Source of the DNA: Bdellovibrionota bacterium | GTDB lineage: Bacteria; Bdellovibrionota_C; UBA2361 | Direction: 5' to 3' | DNA: 22,694 nucleotides | Assembly: GCA_044352465.1 (NCBI GenBank) | Contig: JBILDU010000043.1 | Coordinates: 1 to 22,694, forward strand | Shown: positions 1 to 7,592 of the stretch, piece by piece | Layout: each line of letters opens with the position of its first letter | How positions within the stretch are numbered: position 1 is the first letter of the stretch | The notes under the pieces: model-generated | Told to the model about the DNA's origin: nothing | What the model saw: only the letters and a program-made list of their open reading frames with translations | Database searches by the model: none | Position numbers and translations under genes: made by a program

Positions 1-675
1 GCGATATCCTGTGCTTGGGGCTGACGCGTAAAAGATGCCGTCGTAATTACAAGCAAAAAAACGATGGATATGACCGAAAAAAACTCCACGTATTGAGACT
101 CCCTGAGCCTCTTTGAGCACTCGGTGGAGCGCCTCTCCGTTCGTCAGAACCATCTGGCGGTCCGCCCATGGAGAAACTGCTGAGAAGGGCGGATAGTGGA
201 TGAAGACGGTTAGAAAACGCGGACCTGCCTTGAGTTCCTCCCGTAGAAATTGAAGCTCTGTCTCTTCAACTCGCCCACACCACTCGGGGGTAGCTTTCTC
301 TGAATCAAGAACGACGAAGTGTTCATCGCCGCGGCTAAAAGCGTAGGTTTGTCGTCCTGCTACTCCACACCGCTTGCGTGGCCCGAAAGGGAGCAGTTTG
401 TCCATAAGCGCCGTATCGTCGTAGTTGCCCCTGACGAAGTACCACGGGGCTTTGATCTTCGCGGTTAGCTCCGCGACTCTTGGGTAGGCATCAAGTGAAT
501 CCTTATGAACGATATCACCCGAGTGTAGGATGAAATCGAACTCTCCCTCGTTTTGGACCAGAAACTCGATAGCCTGAGCGAACCCCCGGTACACGTTGAT
601 CCCGTGGATCTCACCTTCTGGTTGCAGGAGAAGGTGAGAGTCGCTCACATGTGCGAACGTAAGCCGTTGAGTCAT
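1..675 (-). CDS. Calcineurin-like metallophosphoesterase, CpdA/Icc (3',5'-cyclic-nucleotide phosphodiesterase)-like; 3' end truncated by the window edge
   Basis: Manual translation from ATG at 675 (AAGGTG about 8 nt upstream) is open to position 1: MTQRLTFAHVSDSHL...FDFILHSGDIVH...WYFVRGNYDD...FVVLDS...VFIHYPP...GVFFGHIHR...APST. The DxH, GD, GNxD, HxP and GHxH motifs occur in canonical order. Confidence 0.88.
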   Translation of the reverse strand, partial: MTQRLTFAHVSDSHLLLQPEGEIHGINVYRGFAQAIEFLVQNEGEFDFILHSGDIVHKDSLDAYPRVAELTAKIKAPWYFVRGNYDDTALMDKLLPFGPRKRCGVAGRQTYAFSRGDEHFVVLDSEKATPEWCGRVEETELQFLREELKAGPRFLTVFIHYPPFSAVSPWADRQMVLTNGEALHRVLKEAQGVSIRGVFFGHIHRFFACNYDGIFYASAPSTGYR

Positions 676-1013
676 TTGAAAAACACCTTATGACGGAACC
701 ACTGACTCATTGAGATTACTCTCTCTGAGGTGCTCCGTAAATGTAAAAAGATCGGGGGCTTAAGGGGGGCTGACTGCTAGAATCTTGTTAAATTTAGTCG
801 GGCTAGTTGAGTAGCGCCGCAGTGTTCCCTAAAATTTGGGTGCAGTCTCAAAAATGGCTGCCTGAGAGATTCCAAAAAGGTCCCAAGGTGGATCCTCGTT
901 CAGTACATTCCGCGTAAGCCTCTGGCCTTAGGGGGAAGCGCAGCGTAACTGCACGAAAGGGAGCGTACGCCGCTCCCCGACAATTATATCGGTGGTTTGA
1001 AAGTGAAGTTGTT
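676..1013. promoter_or_regulatory. Divergent promoter region shared by the metallophosphoesterase and the kinase-NTase fusion
   Basis: 338-bp gap between head-to-head start codons (675 minus, 1014 plus), visibly richer in A/T runs than the flanking CDSs. No exact promoter boxes assigned. Confidence 0.5.
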
Positions 1014-3011
1014 ATGAGTGAATACGAGCGTTGTCTTGATCCTAAGCTTGGGTCTGGGTCGAGCGGTCCAGCTGATATCGGTCTGGCGCAGAAGGCGCTC
1101 GACTTCGCAGACGCCACTCTCCGGGCACCGCTGACAGGGCGGGATGGTCTCCTCCATCGCCAAGTAAAGGGAGAGCAGCCCCCGATTATTCTCGTTGCGG
1201 GCCTGTCTGGAGCCGGGAAAACTACTCTTATTCGTTTCCTCGGGGACGCCGGGATCGAATCCGCTGAGCGTCTCCTCCCACGGCCGCGGCGGGCAGATGA
1301 CACCGCCGGAGACAAGACTTGGGTCATTGAGCGTGAGGAGTCCCGAACCGGTAAACCCGTCGACCGATACTCCGAACGGTCGGTCGTTCTAAGTGATAAT
1401 AAATACACCGGGTACATCGGTTTTCGGGGCGTTCCGTTGGTGGCTCGACTCCTTAAATCGGAGGATTGCAAGGGAGTCGCGGTGATTCTCGGTCGGGGCG
1501 TCGAGGTCGCGCCAGCGATCGAATCTTTCCAAAGGATCTTGCCGAACCAGCCGATCGTCGTTGTTCGTGTCGACGCTCCAACCGCGGTCATCGCCAGCCG
1601 ACTGCAAACCCGACCAGGGGCGACGCCTCAAGAGCGTGATTCGCGGCTCGCGAAACTTGAGCCGATGAACAGAGAGGATGTTCCCCAACTTGAAGCGCTT
1701 TCTCAGTCGTGGGGTCTGACATCGATTCTTAATGTTACTGAGAGCGAACTCGCGGCGATGGGGCTGTCGGCGGGGCAGGTACGGGCTGCCACGCGTGAGA
1801 ATCTCACGGGGTGGGTTCAGACAGCGATAGATCAGGTCAAGGCGCGCTCGTCGGTGGTCGCGCGTGATATCCTTACCCCCCGTTCGATTGAATACGGCAA
1901 CCGCTTCATTCCCGACTCGGTGCTCGATGTGCTTGAGAACACTTTGGTGCCAGCTTTCAATGCGTACGGTTCGGGGCGGGGCGAATCGCGCTGGCTCTTA
2001 AAGGGGGGACTCGCGGTGGCGATCTACCTCCCGGAGTCGCGACCGGTGTCTCCTGATATCGATTTTGCGGTAACCAACTCTCCCGCGGCGGAGCAGTTTC
2101 TAGGGAAAGTGATCCAGTCGATCCTCGCTGACGATGCAAAGTTCACCCCGGCGAGTCCGAAGCCGGTTTATCACGATCGCAAATACTACGGCGAGGTTCT
2201 CAGCGCGCCTTTTAATCAAAAAGTAGAGCTCGACGCCTTAAGTGCAACTCGCATTCAGCCGGATGAGCGGAGCTTTTGTTACAAGTTCGATCTCGATTCG
2301 TATCTCAACTATTTTCGCCGTTCGGTCACCCTCCCAAACGGGGGAACGGTCGACCTGTGTCCGCCGGAGCAGATTATCACCGAGAAGCTGATCGCAGGTC
2401 GTGGGGTTGAGCTCAACAAGTTTGACCTGTTCGATTCGGCAGGACTCCTCGCCTCGGTGCCGACGCAACCGGCTTTATTTCGCCGATTATTTGAGATGCA
2501 GGCGTTTGACCCGGGATGCGATGCCGCCGTGGAGAAGAGTCTCGGGCGGTGGTCCCTGGTAAAAACTGCAAGCGTACTTGAGATACTCGGATACGATCCG
2601 AAAGATCCCCTTGTAGAGATGATCGCCCAGCGGTTGCCTGACACAGTGGTCTCGGGCAAACCTCCGCAGATGCCGAGTCCTATTCGAGTGATGACTCTGA
2701 ACGAGTTGAAACGGTTCTGTATGGCTCATCGGGCGATCAGCTCTTTAAATCGGATCGTTGAGTCGATCGAAACCCCGGTTAGGGCTGGGGAAGAGCTTAC
2801 CTCAATCGCCGAGCGGTTCGGTCGCGAGCCGGTGCTTCGTGCGGTTCAGGTTCTTAAGCTTCAGCTTACCCACTATCTGGAATTCGAGCTCGGAAACCGG
2901 GATATCTTTGTCCGGCGTGACCCAGCCCAGAGCAAGGTTGTTGCACCTGTATTCTTCGAAGGGCTCGAGGCGCAAAGAGAGCGCTTCTCCGCTCCCCCCA
3001 CAGGCGGGTGA
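1014..3011 (+). CDS. Fusion protein: N-terminal guanylate-kinase/PhnN-like P-loop kinase plus AbiEii/MenT (DUF1814-like) nucleotidyltransferase domain and a C-terminal helical region
   Basis: Walker A ILVAGLSGAGKTT (GLSGAGKT at aa 63-70), GK-like PRPRRADD and LID-like RLQTRPGATPQERDSRL. Then LLKGGLAV...RPVSPDIDF (K330, D348/D350), KVELD and EQIITEKL...KFDLFD, matching AbiEii-family motifs. Start codon uncertain (weak RBS). Confidence 0.75.
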   Translation: MSEYERCLDPKLGSGSSGPADIGLAQKALDFADATLRAPLTGRDGLLHRQVKGEQPPIILVAGLSGAGKTTLIRFLGDAGIESAERLLPRPRRADDTAGDKTWVIEREESRTGKPVDRYSERSVVLSDNKYTGYIGFRGVPLVARLLKSEDCKGVAVILGRGVEVAPAIESFQRILPNQPIVVVRVDAPTAVIASRLQTRPGATPQERDSRLAKLEPMNREDVPQLEALSQSWGLTSILNVTESELAAMGLSAGQVRAATRENLTGWVQTAIDQVKARSSVVARDILTPRSIEYGNRFIPDSVLDVLENTLVPAFNAYGSGRGESRWLLKGGLAVAIYLPESRPVSPDIDFAVTNSPAAEQFLGKVIQSILADDAKFTPASPKPVYHDRKYYGEVLSAPFNQKVELDALSATRIQPDERSFCYKFDLDSYLNYFRRSVTLPNGGTVDLCPPEQIITEKLIAGRGVELNKFDLFDSAGLLASVPTQPALFRRLFEMQAFDPGCDAAVEKSLGRWSLVKTASVLEILGYDPKDPLVEMIAQRLPDTVVSGKPPQMPSPIRVMTLNELKRFCMAHRAISSLNRIVESIETPVRAGEELTSIAERFGREPVLRAVQVLKLQLTHYLEFELGNRDIFVRRDPAQSKVVAPVFFEGLEAQRERFSAPPTGG

Positions 3012-3129
3012 TCTCGGCGCAGCTAAGGTGAACCAAGTGGTTGCGGCCGATCTTTTGGAGGCCGATTGAGCTCGTTGCATCCCGCCCGAGAGAGCACCGA
3101 CAGGTGAAAGAACTTGATGGGCGAGTGAA

Positions 3130-3164
3130 GACCGACCTTCAAACGAGCCTTTGAAAAATCGGTC
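3130..3164. terminator. Imperfect hairpin between convergent genes (possible bidirectional terminator)
   Basis: GACCGA(3130-3135)..TTCAAA(3138-3143)-loop-TTTGAA(3150-3155)..TCGGTC(3159-3164) lies between the stops at 3011 (+) and 3189 (-). No clear U-tract. Confidence 0.35.
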
Positions 3165-3188
3165 GGCGCCTTATATTGGAGTCACACG

Positions 3189-4826
3189 CTAAGATGTCGC
3201 GGCCATTCGCGGGGCTTCCGACAGGGGCGATAAGCCCATGAGCGCCCTAAGCTGCGTCAGTCGCTCCTGATAGCGGGCCGCTTCCCCATCGAAGGATCGT
3301 CCCGGACGCAACCTCGTCATCAGTTTCACGATCTGCGGCAGCGCTTCCAGGCCGTGGCCGGTCAAGTATTCGAGGTTGAGCCGTCGGCGCATAACGTCTT
3401 CAACGGTTTCCGCTTGCTCAAGGTTAAGCGCCAGAGCTACCTCGCCAACTCTCGTGTCTGCCCCAAGGGATGCGAGTTGCTCGACATCGAATCGGCCCAC
3501 ATCTCCACCGTAGCGGTGAATCAAGCGTTGAATCTGCTCTTCCGAGAGCCCGCTGCGGCGAGCATCAAGGCTAAACTTCTCAATTGTCGCTGCAGGTACG
3601 TTCGCTCGGGGCATCGTTTCCCGCCGCACAGACCGGAAAGTTTTTCCCGGAGCGATGTGTCCGAGCACTTTTTGAACCCCTTCTTCGGCCGTCCACGTCG
3701 CGGTCGTCAGCTTTCCTCCCACGAGGGAGAGAACGCGGCCACCACCGTGCCAGATGTGTTTTCGGGATAGCCGGGTGGTTCCGGCTTTGGAGTTCGGTCG
3801 CAGCGGTAACGTCCTAACGCCCGCGAAGCAATAGTGGAGCGAGGTTCTATCAAGGCCGCTTTCGGGGAGGTCCTTTTTGAGCCGAGCTAAAATCTCATCG
3901 ATCTCATCGACTGAGGGAAAGGGATCCAGATCGAGGGAGTCGGTTTCGCGCTCGGTGGTGCCAACCATCGTGCCCGCCGCGTGAGGCCAGACAAAGTAAT
4001 ACCGCGCTTTCCCCTCCATGGGGAGAAACAGGGAAGGGCCCTTCCACGGGCGATTAAAAATAAGATGAGTGCCACGGCTCAGCCGCACTTCAGGGCGTGT
4101 TCCGGCCGGAACAAGAAACGGAGCCCAAGGGCCGGCGCAGTTAAGCACCGCTGCGGCGGTCGCACGATGCGTCGTGCCGCTTAACTCATCTGTCCAAGCG
4201 ACCTCAACACCGGTTGGGCGCTCATCGAGGGAGGTAACTCCGGCGTAATTCAAGCAAATCGCTCCGTGTTGGCGCGCTGCCAGCACGTTCTCTAAAGTTA
4301 AAAGGCCGTCGTTGAGGAGTCCGTCGGTGTAGCTGTAACACCCGATGAGATCGTGACGACGCTCGTAGAAGCCTGTTTCCTGGAGTTGGTCCGAGGTTAA
4401 AAAGCAATGTTTCCGGCCTTTCTCGCGCACCATCAGGTCGTACAGATACAGACCGAGCCCTAGCTTAAGCTTGAAAAATAGCTGGCCCTTGGGGATCGGA
4501 ATCAGGAAGCGGGTCGGGCTCACGATGTGCGGGGCAGATGCAAACAGGTCTTCGCGGGCCTTGATCCCTTCAAATACCTGCTCAAAATCAAACATCTCAA
4601 GGTAGCGCAGCCCTCCGTGAGCCATCTTGGAGCTGCGGGTTGAAGTGGCGGCCCCATAATCCGCCTTTTCGAGAAGGAGGGTTCGGAGCCCTTGGGTCGC
4701 AGCACTTCGAGCGCATGCAGCGCCGTGTATGCCGCCGCCAATAATGAGTACATCGAAGTGGGCGCCGTCGGTTCGCGATAAGAGCTCACCGCGTGGTGTT
4801 GTCAGATCAATTTCCGCCGTTACCAT
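3189..4826 (-). CDS. glpD: FAD-dependent glycerol-3-phosphate dehydrogenase/oxidase
   Basis: FDVLIIGGGIHG FAD motif, TSTRSSKMAHGGLRYLE signature, NCAGPW, RGTHL, VGTTE, FAGVRTL, GGKLTT and C-terminal DVMRRR. Confidence 0.93.
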   Translation of the reverse strand: MVTAEIDLTTPRGELLSRTDGAHFDVLIIGGGIHGAACARSAATQGLRTLLLEKADYGAATSTRSSKMAHGGLRYLEMFDFEQVFEGIKAREDLFASAPHIVSPTRFLIPIPKGQLFFKLKLGLGLYLYDLMVREKGRKHCFLTSDQLQETGFYERRHDLIGCYSYTDGLLNDGLLTLENVLAARQHGAICLNYAGVTSLDERPTGVEVAWTDELSGTTHRATAAAVLNCAGPWAPFLVPAGTRPEVRLSRGTHLIFNRPWKGPSLFLPMEGKARYYFVWPHAAGTMVGTTERETDSLDLDPFPSVDEIDEILARLKKDLPESGLDRTSLHYCFAGVRTLPLRPNSKAGTTRLSRKHIWHGGGRVLSLVGGKLTTATWTAEEGVQKVLGHIAPGKTFRSVRRETMPRANVPAATIEKFSLDARRSGLSEEQIQRLIHRYGGDVGRFDVEQLASLGADTRVGEVALALNLEQAETVEDVMRRRLNLEYLTGHGLEALPQIVKLMTRLRPGRSFDGEAARYQERLTQLRALMGLSPLSEAPRMAATS

Positions 4827-4839
4827 ACATCGCTAAATT

Positions 4840-6195
4840 TTAATGCAGATGGGGGAAGGGGCGGTCGACGAACGGATCGTCCGTACCTCCAAAATTGGGG
4901 CTGTCTTGATTCTGCTTGAAGAAGACATCAATTATCCGACTGGGCTTCTGATACTCTTGTACGATGTCGATGAGCGCGTTCGTGAGATCCATTCTAATCC
5001 CCGGTACCCAGCCATCGCCAACGCGGCGCGGATCGGTCAGTCGCTTTGCTCCCCACGCCGCGTAAATGCCTTCGGCGGTCTGACCGAGCTGCGCTACAAT
5101 ATCCAATAACTTACCGCCCGCTGCAAGCTCTCGCCCCAGACGATTGTTGCGGCTATCGGTGCTCGCTGTGGTGAGGTTCAGATCCGCCCAGCCAGCAAAT
5201 GTGTGGAGTGTTCGATATCTCCCACCAAAGTGCTTCGAAAGGCGCATCATCTCTTCCATTCCTTTCGCCTTTACGAACTCAATCTCTTCAATGCCGTACC
5301 GGGGGGAGCCATCTTGGTTCTTGAGCCCCTGGACAACTCCGATCGCGATGGCGATGACATTTTTCATCGCCGCCGCTATCTCCACACCCACCGGGTCAAG
5401 AGACGTCTGCACCCGCAGGTTATCCCCGGTCAGAAGATACGAGGCTCGCCGAGCGGCCTCTTCAGAGTGCGACGCCGCGGTGAGACCAAATCGGCAACCG
5501 GATAAAATATTCTTGGCAAAGCCCGGTCCTGCGACGGCAACGACGTTTTTGACGTCCGACCATCCCTCGAGAGTTTTATAGTACTCCATCGGCGTGAGCA
5601 CGCGCGCCCCTTCCGGTGGGCCGGTAAGGAGTTGGTGAGGATCTTTTTGTGGGTCCCAGCCTTCGATGATGAAACCCTTCGTGAGGCTAATAATCAACGA
5701 GTCTGGGTGGGGGCGGAGATGAGGCAGCACCTGAGGCAAAGCCTGAGAGGGGAGCGCGACGACGATGATGCCACGGTCCAGCATTCCAACCTTGAGGCTC
5801 TGCGTCGCGCGCAGCGACTCCGACAACAGGAAGTTTTTTAGATAGCGGGGGTTCGTGTGCTGCGTATTGATTGAGTGAACAGATTCACCGTTCCGATCCC
5901 ACATCAAAACATCGACGTCATCGCCGGCGAGACGGTGGGAGATGGCCGTACCGTAGCTGCCCCCGCCGAGCATGAGCACTTTGTTGCCCCACTCCGGGCT
6001 GATCGGAAGATTGTTTACCGGTGTTTTTGGGGCACAAAAAGGCGGGAAAGGTCGGGAAGTCGCTGTCTCTACTGCTGGTATTGGCGGGAGGTTCCCGGAA
6101 AGATCAAACGATTGATCCCCACTCGGCTTAGCGCCTTTTTCCGGGTCGTGCTCGCGGGGGGCTTCTCCGTTTGGATCGATCGGATTTGGGGTCAT
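4840..6195 (-). CDS. gpsA: NAD(P)H-dependent glycerol-3-phosphate dehydrogenase with a long N-terminal extension
   Basis: LGGGSYGTA Rossmann motif, HTNPRYL, ALPSQ, LTKG, GPGFA, GVEIAAAMKNVIAIAIG (catalytic Lys), ADLNLT..SRN, AEG. ATG at 6195 preferred over TTG at 6204 because of AGGAA spacing. Stop lies 13 nt before the glpD start. Confidence 0.9.
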   Translation of the reverse strand: MTPNPIDPNGEAPREHDPEKGAKPSGDQSFDLSGNLPPIPAVETATSRPFPPFCAPKTPVNNLPISPEWGNKVLMLGGGSYGTAISHRLAGDDVDVLMWDRNGESVHSINTQHTNPRYLKNFLLSESLRATQSLKVGMLDRGIIVVALPSQALPQVLPHLRPHPDSLIISLTKGFIIEGWDPQKDPHQLLTGPPEGARVLTPMEYYKTLEGWSDVKNVVAVAGPGFAKNILSGCRFGLTAASHSEEAARRASYLLTGDNLRVQTSLDPVGVEIAAAMKNVIAIAIGVVQGLKNQDGSPRYGIEEIEFVKAKGMEEMMRLSKHFGGRYRTLHTFAGWADLNLTTASTDSRNNRLGRELAAGGKLLDIVAQLGQTAEGIYAAWGAKRLTDPRRVGDGWVPGIRMDLTNALIDIVQEYQKPSRIIDVFFKQNQDSPNFGGTDDPFVDRPFPHLH

Positions 6196-6740
6196 AGGCA
6201 CCAATTTCCTCGTACTGCTCAGCGACCTGAGGCGTTGTTTGCTCTTCCAAGATGGGCTGATTGCGCTTCCAAAGCAACAGATCCAAGGTTCAGATATCGT
6301 TAGTTTTTAGTAGCTCGGCAGGGGTGGAAAAGGCGTTTGAATTTAGGCGTTTAGGCCAGCTTGGACGCCGGAGGGCTGTGCCTCAAAAGCGGCTTCTCAC
6401 ATCCACGAATTCATCTGTCTGTGGAGCGTCTCATCTCAAGTGGGAATCAGATTTCGATAACGTTAATGGTGGGGCCGCGCCGCGGGGGCGGCACGGATTC
6501 TGCTAGTAATTCGTATGTCCCACCGAAGGGCAGGCCGAGCCTCTTGGCGGGGCCGACGCAACGGTGTGGAGGGGTGTGAATGGCTGTGGGGTGTTTTTCA
6601 AGGTCTTTCGCGGCACCTCTTCATCGAAACCCGTTCTTTCGAAATCAAAAAATTTTGCCGCCAGCCGCTGGCTGCGGCGCATGATCTCCTCCCCCACAGG
6701 GAGCCGGCTATTTTTGTGACGTCTAAGTAAGGGTGTTTCT

Positions 6741-7496
6741 ATGGTGGAAAAGATGGAGAGAGCGTTAGGGATGGCTTTGGCGACGTTGTTGCTCGGGGGA
6801 GGCGCGTCTGCTTCACCACCAGGCGCACTAGAGATCAAGGGTCCGTTGGCAGCTCTCTCGGTTGAGAGCATAACCGTTGGGGATATTACCTGTCAGGTGA
6901 CGGCGCAGACCAAGTTCGAAAAAAACGACCAACATGTCACTGCAGCTGAGTTTGCGCTGGGTGACTTGGTCGAGCTCAAGTATCTCGAGGGTCTCTGTCT
7001 CGAGCTTGAGGACGAGCGTCCTAAAGGCACTGGGGGGAGCGTCGGCAACGGTTCGGGATCTCCTAAAGAGCGTCTCACCGCGAAACTAGTGCCGATCGCG
7101 GGCGGTGCAACCGGCGGCAGTGGTAAGGTCAAGGCCGAGAAGCAAAACTCGAAGTCAAAGGTTGAAGTTGAAGCGAAGATACCCCGAGCAGGCGATAGCG
7201 GTGGTGATGTCGTCGTTTCGGTGGAAAGTGGCGGTAAGGTCTGCGAGCTGAAGGTAAGAGGGGATCGTCGGTCCCGACGCGGAGCCGCGCAGTCTGGGAG
7301 GATTCAAGCCAAACTGGAGCTTGAACAACGCTCACGAAACGGAACCGTCACCACGAAGATTAAGCAAGGTAAGTGTGCGAGTGGTCCGATCGAAATCACG
7401 GCAGGCCAGGCGGTCGTGGTGAAGCTCAATGGGGCCGTGGTGCTTTCCGGTACTCCTGCGCTACGAGCGACGCCGAGCCCGACTCCGACGCCGTAA
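6741..7496 (+). CDS. Secreted protein with a DUF5666-like beta domain, Gly-rich linker and Pro/Thr tail
   Basis: Signal-peptide-like ALGMALATLLLGGGASA, then EIKGPLAALSVESITVGDITCQVTAQTKFE...LGDLVELK resembling DUF5666, and a C-terminal ATPSPTPTP. The start could be a downstream Met (6753 or 6771). Confidence 0.6.
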   Translation: MVEKMERALGMALATLLLGGGASASPPGALEIKGPLAALSVESITVGDITCQVTAQTKFEKNDQHVTAAEFALGDLVELKYLEGLCLELEDERPKGTGGSVGNGSGSPKERLTAKLVPIAGGATGGSGKVKAEKQNSKSKVEVEAKIPRAGDSGGDVVVSVESGGKVCELKVRGDRRSRRGAAQSGRIQAKLELEQRSRNGTVTTKIKQGKCASGPIEITAGQAVVVKLNGAVVLSGTPALRATPSPTPTP

Positions 7497-7592
7497 GGAC
7501 CGCTCAACGGCTTGCGTTTAAAAATAATGAGAGAGACGAGCTGCCCGGGCTGTGGGGAGACATCTCCTCAGCCCGGGTGGCTCTCTGCCCCG

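Noticed and set aside
911..952. CGCGTAAGCCTCTGGCCTTAG resembles part of the c-di-GMP-I (GEMM) riboswitch
   Set aside because: The upstream GAAA-tetraloop stem and the downstream complementary strand are missing, so the fold cannot form.
848..1591. 247-aa minus-strand ORF as a possible antisense antitoxin
   Set aside because: It lies antisense to the kinase domain, has Arg/Ser/Pro-rich shadow-ORF composition and shows no recognisable motif.
6196..6740. Long gpsA/DUF5666 divergent intergenic region with short ORFs, GC hairpins and an ECF-like GTCTAA
   Set aside because: The short ORFs lack RBS and motifs, the hairpins are short, no riboswitch consensus was recognised, and ECF -35 match and spacing are poor.
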